Source: Azolla caroliniana
Taxonomy: Eukaryota; Plantae; Polypodiophyta
Assembly: GCA_043228905.1 (NCBI GenBank)
Contig: JBHGNT010000001.1
Span: forward strand, 8,618,001-8,682,000
Reading direction: 5' to 3'
Length of the DNA stretch: 64,000 bases
The notes under the pieces are model-generated. The model searched no databases, was not told where the DNA came from, and was given only the letters and a program-made list of their open reading frames with translations. Shown here one piece after another: positions 50,356 through 64,000 of this stretch; position 1 is the first letter of the stretch; every line of letters starts with the position of its first letter. Made by a program: the position numbers and the translations under genes.

Positions 50356-52327
50356 AAGCACGCTTGTGAGGATGATAACAACGTACAAGATATCTATCTT
50401 TGACCCGTCACCAATGACACAAGGAATGTTCTTTGTTGGTTTATATCATCATAGAACAAAACCCATAGAAGATCCAATTAGCGAAAAATTAGGAAACATG
50501 TTTGGTTTTTCACTTTAGCCCTTGTTTTTAATTTTTGTTTTACTATTTTAAATTTGCCCACGCACATGGATAGGGATAGTGTTTTGTAATGAATGTTGCA
50601 ATGGGTAATGGTTGCCCTTAGTCGACATCAATATTCATTGTCATCATCTCTCGCACTCTCTCTTGCCTCAATGTAGTCCCATAAATTGTTTTTGGACTTT
50701 GGTAGATGTGAATGATCTCTCGCACATTTGTATGCTGAAGTGTTTTAAACAAATAGGGACATTTTTTGTCTCGGGAATGTAGACACGAAACACATTTTCA
50801 ACATATTGTTGGTGAAAAGGATCATGAGAGAAGTCATCTTTTATTTCCAAATAAAATATTTGCATAAGTGTCATATAGGCATATTGTTTAGTCTTGCATG
50901 AAGTATCGTTCCATGGATGTATCAAATAGAACTAATATGCTTCTTGACAAGATATGCTATAATGAAGTTCAAAAATATTTGTAGATAAATTGAATCACAT
51001 CTTACAAGAGTTTCAAAAAGGGAATGTTTGTGACATGGCCTCCCTTTCTCTTTCTATAGGGAAATGGAATTATTCAACATAATAGCTACACATGCACAAT
51101 TGTAATAAATGACTTGTGTTGTAGATTGTAACTAGACTATGAATAGTACATAATGTCTCTATATAAAGTTCATTGGTTGCATTTCTGTTCAATATAAAAG
51201 GCGTAATGAAAATGCCACAAAAATAGTCACAATACTATATTGCTAATCACAAATATAGATTCCCATGAAAACATCAAGCAATCACTTCTCATTACATATT
51301 GTTTCTTTAACAATTTACAACTCTTCTACCGGTTTTTTGTTTGATTCTTGTTTATGAATAAAAACATATGTACATCATATGTGTACAAATTTACATATTC
51401 CTCTTTCAACCACCTCATCCAACACACTCAAAACCACATCATGGAATTGTTTGACCCACCGATGATATATTTGTTATCTTATTCTATCCCCCTATTATCC
51501 GCTTCTTCCCATCTCATGCTTCGTTCATGTATCTTAATAGTTGCACTTACTATTTTCCATACCCTACTACTCCCTTATAAAGAACACTTAACAGTTCTCA
51601 TGAGTATATCCTTTGACACTGACAATGAAAGTGACAATCATATTTTCCCAAAAATATATTCTCCCAAATAATTTGAACTCAAAATTTAGATCACCCAATA
51701 TAAATAAACTCCTTAGCAACACAACTTAGACAATGCTAGATCTCAAGCTGATTGAAGGCACAAACACTTGTGAGGAATATGCATAAGTACAAATTGGCCA
51801 CGTTTCTCATGTTAGAGATTCACTATTGGAATATGTGAGCAAACAAGATAATCTCTTGCTTCTATTGATTCCAATGAAATCTCATGTGTTCCCTACACAT
51901 GTTTCCAAGGACCCAAGATAAACTCTGTGAAATAGTTGAACATCTTAGTGATCCTTATTAATCTGATCTGTTAATACAATGTGAGCAATATTCAAGTAGC
52001 TTTAATCATCTCCTAACCCGGCTACATTATCCCTTTTGCAGATTGCAAGAAGGAACCCAAAGAAATGGGTGGGTTTGATCTTAATTTGCAACGTAAAGAA
52101 ATTTATATCACTCATAAAGCAAGTAAAACTCATGATTTTATAACGAGACTTATCTATTTCTTGAAATAACAAGTGTAAAATATGAGCTGCTCAAAAGGGT
52201 AATCCATTCATAAATGAAATGAAAATGATAAGAAATCCATAAAACCATTTAGCTATATAGAAATATAATGTGAAAACAAAAGATAAAATGTTCTTCACTT
52301 GGTTATGATTTAATCTATGTATACAAT

Positions 52328-52869
52328 AACTTTAAACTTTTTTTGCCAACTCTGGTTTTTTTGAGGAGATATGGATGTTGGTGGCATGCTTCTCAGTCTG
52401 GCACATTTGGACCAGACGATGTATGTTTGTTTTCCAGCAACGAAATCTCCCAAGCGGTGAAGTGTTGCTAAACATTTGGTTCAAGCTTGTATCTTGGTTG
52501 CGGGGACAATACAACTCAATTGAAGGGAACTCGGATGAAGCAGAAAGGGCTTGGTCAAAGTTTTTGCTGAAATGGGGTCATTCTCCTATGATGGTAAATT
52601 CAGCGTCAAGGCCTAAATGGAACTACCAAGCTCCGAGATGGTTGTTTCCGTCATTGACTTCCATTAGTGGACAGAAGATGTAAATATGTGGTTACCATGT
52701 AAAAAGAGTTAGCGGGATACTTTTGTTGTAAATAGCAGGGTGGGGATTATGCTTAGTTTTGTGTGGAGTAGTGTGAGTTTTGTTGATTATGGCTGAACTT
52801 TGATGTAGTTCGTTTGCTAACTAATGGGAAGTAGTGTATTTTTTGGAAACAAAAAACTTTAAACTTTTT
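52328..52869 (+). mobile_element. 5'-truncated LINE 3' end with 15-bp target-site duplication
   Basis: The ORF contains WHIWTRRCMFVF (LINE ORF2 C-terminal W.IW..RN..IF-type motif) and the element ends A-rich. The direct repeat AACTTTAAACTTTTT lies at 52328-52342 and 52855-52869. Confidence 0.8.
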
Positions 52870-54010
52870 CCTTTATCATTACTTAAATTATTATTGATGC
52901 CTTAAGCTAGGCAAAGTCATATGGTATTAATTTTAAGACAATAGAGAATATGTTTAGTTAGCTAAATTTCCCAAATCTCAAAAGTAATTTAATTAATGTA
53001 CGTATTATAATGTTTCCTCAAAATACATGTACTTTGATTTACTTTAGAGCATACAAATAGATTATAGTCATTTAATATATGTGAATCCCTTCATATCTAG
53101 GGTTCTAAGTTCTAACGGTTTAAACACTATTAAATACTCTAAAAAATCAGCTTCTATCAATCTTAATTTTAGTTTATGCATGCAATGGTTCATTATAAAA
53201 CTATTATTATTATATACAAACATATTTCTAAAGAGAATGTTCTTTTGATAAATCTAACCTACAATCCCATTTTAATTAGGAACCCATTCCAATGGCAATA
53301 TAAACCCTCTTCCTTAAAGTATCCACCGAGGATAATACCATGACCATAATCCTCCAACGAAAACACTTTAGCTCTAAAGGGCAGACACAAACACCATCCC
53401 ATCCATGCCAAGCACATTGTAGCACTGCGGTATATGATCTTTCTAATTCTCCACACCCTCATAACCTTCTTCTACCACATAAACTTGTCAATAAATTTGT
53501 CTCTATCTGCCTATATAGATAGACACATCTACGAATTAGGCCAAGAATCTAAAACACTACAAAGAAAACAAAAACATATTGTACTAGATTCAAAATATCA
53601 TCTCAAAGTAAGGTAGTTGATGGAAGAAGATAAGGTACCTTTTTTGTTGAAGTATGCAACATCAAACGAGATGATGTTGGGCCCGATCCCACCCAACAAT
53701 TTTAGGTCATATGAGCGGAGCGGACGAAAAGAAGGCTCTATTTGTGTAGAGCCAAACCCACGAAGACAAAAGTGATAGTGGAAGTTAGTTTGGGTCTACT
53801 AGAATGATTGTATCAACAAATTGCTGGTTAAAAAGCAAATGAGTTCCTATGAGAATATAAAAAGCAATATGAACACTTGTTATATAAGAAGCCTTACATT
53901 GTACTTAAATCACATATCTTTTGCATTCACTCCTACCACCATTACCATAATTATTAGCTAATAGTCCTTAAATTATAAGCTAATAGTCCTCAAATTATCA
54001 ATAGCACTTA

Positions 54011-57000
54011 ATGATCACCGCGGCCGACTTCTATGAAGTCATCTCTGCCATGGTACCGCTCTACGTAGCGATGCTCCTCGGGTATGCTTCGGTCCGCTGG
54101 TGGAGCATATTCAGCGCGGTTCAATGCTCGGGGATCAACCGATTCGTGGCCGTGTTCGCCATTCCCGTGCTAAGCTTCACATTCATATCCCAGAACGATC
54201 CATACAAGATGGACGGCCGGTTCATACTGGCTGATTCCGCTTCGAAACTCGTGGTTCTGGTCTGCCTAGGCATTTGGACGACCCTTCGAAGTAGTGGCGG
54301 TAGTAGCGGTGGCGACAACAAGAACAACAGTAGTTTCGATTGGACGATCACGCTGTTCTCGGTGTCGACCCTACCCAACACCCTAGTGATGGGGATACCC
54401 CTCTTGCAGGCCATGTATGGTGAGCTCTATGGTGAGCTCATGGTCCAAGTAGTGGTGCTCCAGAGCATAATCTGGTACACCCTTCTATTGTTCATGTTCG
54501 AGTTCCGGGCGGCGCGGCTAGTGCTCATGGAGCAACGCGTGACCGAAGAATTCTACGTGACCGATTTCTACGTGCCGTCCTCGCCGGGGAGGCGGTCGGC
54601 CTCGGTGATGAACATGGATCTCTATGGAGGAGGGACGGGGGCCGGTGGGGCCTACTTGATCATGTCTCCTCGGAGATCCTCGGCAGCGGCGGCTAGCTAC
54701 TACAATATGCAGGACATAGGTAAGCATGGCGGACGGTACAGCACGAATTCGCCGCGCCGATCTTCGGTCACGAGCACGGCCACACCCATAAGCATGGTAT
54801 TGCCGCCACCGGGCCTCGAGCTCGAGCTTCTAGACCTCGGTATTGGTACTAGTAGTAGTACCCTTGGATTTACAAGCACCTTCACTGAGCCCGCCGCCCG
54901 GATGTCGTCGGCCTCCGCCTCGTCCGCATATATTCTCCGGAGTGCAAGTGCCGGTTTCCATAACTGTAGTGGTAATGACGATACGAGGAATCGTTCCTCT
55001 GTAGATCATAAGGCCGGAGAGGTGGCCCATCCCAATATGTTCAATGTCATTGCTGACCAGATCACTTCTAGTCCTGATGCCACCAATGTATTTGATAAGC
55101 ACAAGAAGTCCAATGTATTTGTCCAACAGACAACAGCTCCTTATCATTATAGTGGTAGCCCTAATAATAAGTATGAAGGTAATGTAGTAGCAGGTATGAA
55201 TTCATGTTACAATGCTACTAGTAGCAGTAGTGCGTTATTCGGTAGGAGAAGAGACATGGATTTGCCTCTAGATGTGGATGCACAGCTATATTTAGATGCC
55301 CCTGCTATCATTCCTTCTTCTTCTTCTACTTCTTCTTCTAATTTTGGTCGACAGCAGCTGCACCATACGATCCATACAGGTATGGATTCCTCAAATCCAC
55401 CCTCTTTCTCCCTTCCATCTCAATTCTATCTCGTCTCATCTGCAGCACAATTTCGTAGTATAATTTTGAGCTGAATCTTATGACTGGAATAAGAAGCTGA
55501 TTCAGAAAAAACCACCACTTTTAGATCAAATGTTGGTTTAACTAAATTAAAGGAAAAAAAATTTAACTATAAAAGCATGTGCATTTTTTTAAAAATTGGT
55601 TCACCTATTTGAGCTTTGATTATCATCACCATTTATTTATTTTTACTTGAGCGCCATATGATAATAATCCTTAAAAAATATCATCAACATGGTCTGCATA
55701 GCAGCAACAAATTATGTGCAGTACAAAATCCCAGCGAGCCCAACGCTCGCACCGATCAATGTGAGACGAGATTTTAGTTTCAGGAGCAAGAAGCAGCAAT
55801 TATTGATTGATTCACAAGAAACAGGTACTAATCATAACATGGACAGATCAAAAAACAAAATGGATGGGGAGCTACACTCGATCGCTGGCATTGAAGACGT
55901 CAATCGAGATAATTCGCCGTCGAAAGTTACACAAACGATGACGAATACTGGCGAGTTGCAACTACACGATTCTGCGAATAATAATGAGCATGGTGATCAC
56001 AAAGAGTTACCATTGAAGCCAATGCTACCTTCTTCCACAATCATGCTCAAGCTCATCCTCAAGATGGTATTCCACAAGCTCATTAGAAACCCCAACACTT
56101 ATGCGAGCCTAATTGGTGTGGCTTGGTCTCTCATTGCATTCAGGTGACATCCATCCTTATGTGTTCCCCATGATTAATCTTCATGAATAACAGTTATTAG
56201 GTCAAATCTTAGCTACTTCTTTATGCACCACTATCATTGGTAGTACCCATAATATTGAAAGGATATCATGTTAGAGGCATTTATTTTGCATCATTCAACT
56301 GGCAGCCACCTACTAGTGAATATGTTGGACCCAATTTGCTTTCTCATATTCTTTCCTTTGTCATCTAAAGTGTCTAATAAGATTCAATACCTCCACTATA
56401 TGATCTTAGTATTGATAATACAAAAATTAACTTGGCATTACGAGCAAAATTCCATCGCTAATAATGATTGGGATTCCAATGGAGTGGCGTTGTCATAAAA
56501 CACAACAACGTATCATTGTTGATAGCTTCAAAACATCCATTAATAAATATGAGCTCATGTGTCTCTACTCCATTAATCCACATGATAAATGTCCTATATT
56601 CTTCTAATGATGAGTGATATAATTTATATTCTTACAATGTCCCTCCATATTTGTATAAATCATGTTTTAGTGGTAGGTGCTAGATTTCCCTAGGTACAAA
56701 GACACGCCACATGTATTTTAAGGTGCAGATTCTTTGTATACGTGTTCTAGGAGTCCCATGTTAAATCAACTAAGGAGTGTCAAGATCGTTAGTTTGAAAA
56801 TTAGTTTCATAGGCAATGCATGCCATAAACCAACCCTAGTTGTTAATACTTTTGTGTAGTTATAGCATCAAAACACCTACAAGTGCATGATATAAAATCA
56901 TGTCCACGTCTCAAGACATATCACTACATCTTCACATTGAACAAAGGTGATCATGAATTATCAATAATGCCCCCCATTATTTTTGCCAAGGTAGATATTT

Positions 57001-58743
57001 ATAGTTCGGTTTTCTTGACTTAAACTATATCCTCCTTTGCTACTTTAAGTGGCCATTCAATTTATCAACACTTTCTAGTCTATGATATAGTATCACTATT
57101 TTTTTAGGCACCCCCAAATTCATCATGCTAGCAAAGACGCTTCGTTTTAATATATGACATCAAAAAAATAATTTTATTTCATAGGTATGGAATAACAATG
57201 CCTAAGATAATCTCGGAGTCCCTCAAGATATTATCACAAGCGGGCCTTGGAATGGCAATGTTTAGTTTAGGTATATATGTAGATTTTATCACATTTCCTA
57301 TTGCTTACATTCCTAGTCTAAGATATATTTTGTTGATGACAGGCTTATTCATGGCTTTACAGCCTAAGATAATTGCATGTGGCACATCCTTGGCAATATT
57401 TGCAATGGTTGTAAGATTTCTTATAGGACCTACGATCATGGCAACAACATCAATTGTAGTTGGGTTGAGAGGGGTTCATCTACATGCTGCCATTGTTCAA
57501 GTATGTCTTATCAACCACACTAACAAAGCACCCTTGTTTCTCTGTCCCTTTGCTTTGTTGTAACTTGTTGCCTTTCTTTGACCCCTCCCAACTTTTAAGA
57601 ATAAATTGCATGTTAGGAATAATAGCTATTGTAAAAATAGACAAGATTACATATGACATAAAAATCTTAACTAATTAGTGTACAATTTGCTTAGAAACCT
57701 CACATGGAGTGATTCAGCGTAATATGAGAAAAGCCATGTAGACTAGCTTTTAAATCCCACGTGAATAGTGTGTATCCTCATGAAACCACTTTCTTTTCTA
57801 AGATGGATTTTTTTTTTCCAAAAAAACACTACTTCCCATTAGTTAGCAAAAGAAGTACATCAAAGATCAGCCATAATCAAAACAGCATAATCCCCAATAT
57901 ACAATTACAATATACAATTACACTTCTAAGATATATTATTACAATATACAATTACAATTGTTGAAACTATGAAATGATATAAATCTGTTAGTATGAAGAG
58001 GGTTTAGTCATTGCATATCATTATCATGTGTAAATCTTTTTCTAGAGTCTAATATTTCTTCCATTCACAAAAAAAAATTCATTCTTCCCATTCATGAGCA
58101 ACACACAAAGTTGTTAAATATTTTTCTTTTTAATTCACCTTCAATGTATCTATCGAGCTTATCTCCTAAGGGACAACTAACAACAAAGCTATTACCAACT
58201 TCCAAGGCACATGAGAATCAATTATATGCGAGAATACAAAAAAACAACACCAATCCATGTTGCATATCACAATTGTCTTTCATGTTTTGCATGTTTTGAT
58301 AATGTTATGAAATAATATTGGTAACTTTTAAGTACACTTAGTGACAATAAAACAAACTAAAAAAGACAAAAGGGAATTTGGGGAGCCTTTTGAAGCAGAT
58401 TAGTACATTATGAACATTTTCCACTTTTTCACATGTGGACCAGTTTGTGAATATAATCTTTGCAAAGATTAATGTAGTGTGTTTTAAAATTTCAGGCCGC
58501 ACTTCCCCAAGGGATTGTTCCATTCGTATTTTCACGAGAGTATGACTTGCATCCTGATATTTTAAGCACAGCGTATGTGCTCCCCTCATCTACAAAATGT
58601 CAATTGTTTCTACGTCATCTCAAGTTTATTTACTTGTTCCTAACTAAATATGCATTTTTGTATTTTGGTAAGACAGGGTGATATTTGGCATGCTTGTTGC
58701 ACTCCCGACCACTCTTTTATATTACATTCTTTTAGGGATATGA
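54011..58743 (+). CDS. PIN: PIN-FORMED auxin efflux carrier, long-loop type, 6 exons, ~732 aa
   Basis: Exons 54011-55379, 55702 (or 55705, NAGNAG)-56143, 57185-57270 (86 nt), 57343-57500 (158 nt), 58496-58572 (77 nt), 58677-58743. The 86/158/77-nt sizes are those typical of PIN genes. Motifs: [103 protein letters not shown]. Confidence 0.96.
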
Positions 58744-61700
58744 TCTTTTTAGCATTATGCTACTAGCATATGAAAAACAAATCAATACATATAAGAAAAA
58801 CAAGGTTCAAGACACATTTTCAAACACATGTTTCACCTCAAAGTGAGACTATTTTGAAGCTATATTCAAGTAGCCAATAGACTCACTCCACTTAAGTCTT
58901 TCGTGGGAACTTGCACCATCCCATAGCGTAATGGAATGATGCAAGTGTCAAGGACCAATGGTTGTTCCTCCAAAAGAGTACATCCATGAGTCAATCAAAT
59001 GTTAATTTTTTGTTTGTGACTTATTTACAAATTATTGTCATTTGCAAAGAATATTGAGGTTACCAATCAAGAGACAACGATGATGATGAGATAGAGCGAG
59101 AGATGATGATGATATATTAACATCCAGAATGGGGCAGTATGAAGCATGGGACAAACAATTACATATTGCAAAAGCACTCTCCCCCATGTTTTCACTAAGA
59201 TTGTTCCTGAATTTCACTATGCGGACCTAATTTCTTTAACTCATGTCAACAAGTGATAAACATGTTTAATGTCGTTGACGATGGTTTCGTCTTGGTTACA
59301 AGTTAATTAAAGCAATTCTTTAGTTTCTAGAACATTGAGGCAACATAAATCACTTTTCTACTTTTATTCTTAGTATTCAGAAAGTGTTATTTTCAAAGTG
59401 TATGAACATCTTTGCACCACTATAATGACAACTCTCATTCTCTTAATCATTGGTGTTTGAATGTGAGCTTAGCCATCAATCAACTACCCTTAGTAATTTT
59501 CACAATATCGTGTGTATCATTTGTATATGTTTCTTATGGTTGTTGAGATCGACATATGCCATGTTTTGCTCTATGATTATAATTGTGCAGTGTTAAGAAA
59601 ACATACGATCTAAAGTATTTGAATACCACATGCATTAGTGTCAAAATATAGGGATGGTGTTTGTGTTTTCTTGTGTGTGTGTGTGTGTGTGTCGGGGGGG
59701 GGGGGGGGGGTTAAAAACCTATTTAACAAATAAGTCGATGTTAACATCATAATTAATCACCTTTAATGCACATAAGCTCATCAATTTTGTTTTATCATAA
59801 CATATGCATGCCTATCATGTTCAACTTGTCTTAATACCTAAATAGTCACTCTCTTTTTAAAGTTCACACAATTAGCAACCATTGACAAGATTCTTGTGTT
59901 GTAGGATACAATTTCTTTACCAAGATGTACATGTTCCAATCCCCATCATGAGGCACGATGGATTAGAATGTATGTTTGTTATTGATTATTTATGAGTTCC
60001 GAACATCCACATGGCTATTGCCATTGCCTTTTAAGGGGTAATATTATCATTTTCATTCCTTCTCTTGTAGAAAAACACCAATGACGATCTTATAAAGCCA
60101 TTCCTCTAGGAACAAACTCTTAATATGCATGGCCTCAAATAAAAATATGGACTTTAATTTGTCAACATCGTGCTTAGATATGTAAAGTCTCACATCTAAA
60201 TTTGTATACTTCTCATATTGTATGTTGGCACACAGTTATTTATAGATTTAGTGTACTATGCATGCCACGTATTTATATACTGCATATTTCCCAAGCTATT
60301 CAATGTCCATCATCTAGTCAAGTATGCTTGTAGACCCCCCATGTACATTGCATCAACCTATACAATGATTCATCTAATTTGTGACACGCACACAAAAGAA
60401 ACAATAAAATAATGAATATGTAGTTGTGTGAATGTCTTCATATGGTTCAAAAAATATTATGGGCGTGCCTCACAAATTTTGCCCATGCCATAGCATCATA
60501 TCTTCATGTTCATTGCCAAAATTTATACGATGCGCCATCTTTTAACGCTTCAAGCAATAAAAAAATGCCAATTTATAAAGCCTAAACTTCATAGCAAAAG
60601 AAAGATACTTGTAAGGATCATGGATTTAGGAAACACCTCAATGTTATGAGATGGTTTATTCACAACATATTGAGGTAAAAAGAACTCTATGATGTGAGAT
60701 TGAATTGTGGTTCAAATGTGCTTCAGAAACATCATGCACATCAACTTTTGTTAAAAATGACATAACTCATAAATGTTAGTGGTCATCAACTCACATTCAC
60801 AATGTACTTGGACTACCATCTAAACAATGGAAACATGACAACCACATTCACTTAAGAAAAGATGCCAATGTGATAAAGATTTGAAGATATTGGGAGAAAA
60901 TCCAATAGAAAAGATGGCAAAGCATTGTGACAATTACATTGCAATTGCATTTGCTTACAGATATAGCTCAATGACTTAATGTGAGTAAGATGTCCAAGAT
61001 TGTGTGTTGTATGACAAAGTTGGAGGTCCTTGAAAGACAACACACTTTAATCGACGACCAATAGATATGTTTCGTCAACATTTGTCATACTTCCCTCTTT
61101 CAATTTCCTTACAATACAATCTTCTTGCACTGGTTCCAAAGGGATGGAATGCTCTTGAAAGACCAACAATACTTCTAATTTGTCATAATTCAATATAGAT
61201 ATTCTTTTCTACCCACATTTCAAGACCACTAATGTCACCTTATGTTGTTCCCTAGTTTTTTCCTCTCCACATAGGACACCATCTCTAACATGCAAGGAAA
61301 TGCTATCAATAACCTATGTCATACATCCCTTTTCTCTTTTCTATCTAAATTGGTTTCCTTATCGCTATGATCTCCAATTCCCACTAAACAAAGACCACGA
61401 ATGCTAAAACTAAGATGTTTTCGCCAGTCTATTTCAACCACCATCAGTCATTGTCCACTACTCCCCTCTTCCACCAAATTATTTTGCACGTGGTGATTCA
61501 CAATCATGACGTTTGAGTACACATATCATATATGTTTGTCTAGATATGGCCTCTATCGCAACTAGTTCAAATACGATGAGGCGCAATACCCATGGCACAA
61601 TACATGTGACTTCATGCTTAGCCACACACATTTTTGCTAGTAAATCAAAGATCTGGCCTCTCTTCTTTTTACGTCTTTCATCACTTCTTGTCATACATTA

Positions 61701-62042
61701 GCAAACAAGAGAGGACATGAGGGGATTCGGGGATCTAATCAAACATAAGGGGTACTAGAGAGGTTTTTGTGAGCGGGTTTTTTCTTATAAGTTATGTGAC
61801 TTTGGAGTAGTCTCTCCTAGAGGGGAGGGGGTTTCCATGACCTGAGGTGATTGATATAAAAAAATAAAAATAAAAAAGGCATGAAGGGGAATTTGGACTT
61901 AAAGTTGAAGGAAGGGGCTATTTTTGTAGTTATGTGAAACTAAGGGTCTAATTTTGCAATCCTTTTGAGAATTGGGAGGGAGATGGGCATGGCAGTTCCT
62001 CCGAAGATGTAAGAGACTGAAGAGAAGAAGAAGAAGAAGAAC

Positions 62043-64000
62043 ATGGGGTCTCCACAAAACTCTGCGCGGTTCGCTGAACGTGCGATGCATCGCCTCGAAC
62101 ATGACAGGTATGATCTTTTTAATCTTGAGAGAGACACGACAGAGAGAGACAGACAGACAGAGAAGGAGAGTAGAGAGTGCCCTAATCGTGCAAAAATACA
62201 GAGTACCTGTTTTTATTCTCTGCCCCTTTCTCTCTCTATCTACCTCTCAGGCCTTTTGGTTCCTCGTTTCTTCTTGATTTCTTCCTATTTCCTATGCCTG
62301 CTTACCCTTGACATTTTGAATCCTGTGTTATCTTTCTATACATCAATCCCCTTTATACTTTTTTGATCACATACTAGATTATATGTAGAACTCTTAAAAT
62401 CCATTTGCCATTTGTTGCTCAACCCAAATGTGCATACATATATACAATGGAGGGGAAATTAGAAGCACTTGTCCAGAAGCCTCTTCTCCTCATAGAGATT
62501 GTGAGGAAGGCCGCCGAAGAGACCGAGTTTTTCAAACAGGATTGTGTTGAGATAACCCAGAAGATTGAGACCCTTGCTGAGCTCTTACAGAACTTTTCAC
62601 GCCTCTTCCAGACAAACAATGCGTCCAGTTTATATGAACGCCCTGCCCAACGCATCCTCACAGAAGTATCTATCACTCTTGAGAAAGCTCTTGTTATTTT
62701 GAAAAAATGCAAGAAGACTGAAATGATCAAGAGAATGGTCAATATCATGGCATCTGCAGATATGGGTAGAGTTAATAGTGCAATGGACTGTGCTATTGGT
62801 GATGTATCTTGGCTACTGAGGATGTTTGCTAATAGCCAAGGTGGAAAGAGGGGAGGGATGGAAGGTTTGCCACCAATTGCAAGTACTGATCCTATGCTTG
62901 CATGGGTATGGGGCCAAATAGCTCTTGTTCATATGGGTAGTCCGACAGAGAAGGAAGAAGGAGCAAGCTATTTGGCATCTATTGCATCTGATAAGGATCG
63001 GAACCGTGTGCTTGTGATTGAGGAAGGGGGGATCCCGCCATTGCTTAAGTTGCTTAAGCATGGGATTACCATCGGGGGTCGACTTGCTGCCCTTGATGCC
63101 CTCGGAGCATTAGGATCCAATAATGAATCAATGCAGCAAATCTATGAACAAGGAGCAATTCCTATATTCGCTCGAATCCTTCAAGATGGACCAACGAGAG
63201 TACAAGCAAAGGTAGCTTGGGCAATAGCTAAAATGGCCTCTCAAGCTCCTGATGCAACTGCATTCTCGACTGAGACTATCATCAAGCCCCTGGTTTCCCT
63301 CCTAGCCTTAGAGGCAATGGACACGGAGGCTCATAAGCTGAGTCGAGGCAATGCCATGTATTCTTCTGCAAGGATCAACACAATATTGAGAAGCTCCTCA
63401 GTTGTGGAGGAGAAAGTCGGGTGGAACCAGATGATGATGAGCACGGGTTCTGACACTGGAAAGCTCGATGATCAATGGGACACTAAGTCAACTCATTCTG
63501 ATATCTTCATAGATAAGAAATATCATGGGCTTTCAAGGAATCTCAGCCTAAGTACCTCAACACAAGATCTTACTTCCCAACATCCTCGCCATACTCGAGG
63601 TTTTAGTGACTCATACGACTTCCATGGGTTATCAAGACGAGAGCGCCAAAAAAAAGGATGGGAGAATGAAGACCCTGAGATCAAGAAAGAGCTCAAGATT
63701 CAAGTTACTTCGGCTTTGTGGAAACTGGCAGAGAACAATGTAAAAAATTGCAGGAAGATTGTTGAAACCAAGGCCCTTATTTGTTTTGCTAAGTTAATGG
63801 GAAAGGAGACTGATGAAGCCCTGAGGAAATCCGTGATGGCCGTAATGGAGATCACGGCGGCGGCTGAGAGAGATGTGGAATTCAGGCGGTTTGCCTTCAA
63901 GAAAAACTCCTTGTCTTCAAAAGCCATCATAGATCAGCTACTTAGGCTTATACAAAGTGGGCCAGCAGATGTGCAAGTTCCATGCTTGAAAGCTATCGGA
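62043..64000 (+). CDS. ARO: ARMADILLO REPEAT ONLY (ARO)-like protein, 3'-incomplete (runs off the window)
   Basis: Open frame from ATG 62447 to the window end, missing from the ORF track because no stop is reached. It reads FKQDC, LYERPAQRI, DVSWLL, GLPPIASTDPML, IEEGGIPPLLKLLK, ENEDPEIK..LK..ALWKLA, IVETKALICFAKL, all ARO-family motifs. An upstream exon 62043-62107 can splice in frame to an acceptor at 62389; this part is less certain. Confidence 0.88.

Noticed and set aside
55380-55474. PIN ending at the ORF-track stop 55474 (truncated PIN)
   Set aside because: A phase-1 donor at 55379/55380 joins in frame to the downstream exons and gives a complete PIN.
59900-61500. Possible decayed transposase between PIN and ARO
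   Set aside because: It looks like eroded coding or TE sequence, but I could not identify a diagnostic motif. The same holds for 400-1000, 17700-18700, 21900-23000 and 50600-52000.

Overview
AT-rich, intron-containing land-plant nuclear DNA; a non-seed vascular plant such as a fern is my guess from gene style, not a firm call. Five protein-coding genes lie on the + strand. (1) A 21-exon Sec1/Munc18 (KEULE/SEC1-like) gene. (2) An ankyrin-repeat tandem CCCH zinc-finger (RR-TZF) gene. (3) An NST1-like membrane/zinc-ribbon/coiled-coil gene that appears to splice in frame to a C-terminal U-box. (4) A long PIN auxin efflux carrier with an atypical hydrophilic loop. (5) The 5' part of an ARMADILLO REPEAT ONLY (ARO)-like gene that runs off the window end. 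Introns and intergenic DNA hold decayed copia, LINE, Harbinger and possibly hAT remnants, many microsatellites and many short tandem duplications. Three signals stand out. The first is a multi-copy ~200-bp element built from two tRNA-like Pol III A/B-box modules facing each other and sitting in (GA)n tracts. The second is the putative membrane-anchored U-box fusion. The third is a ~1.5-kb imperfect palindrome. All exon models were assembled by eye from reading frame, GT/AG sites and remembered family motifs; no searches were run.
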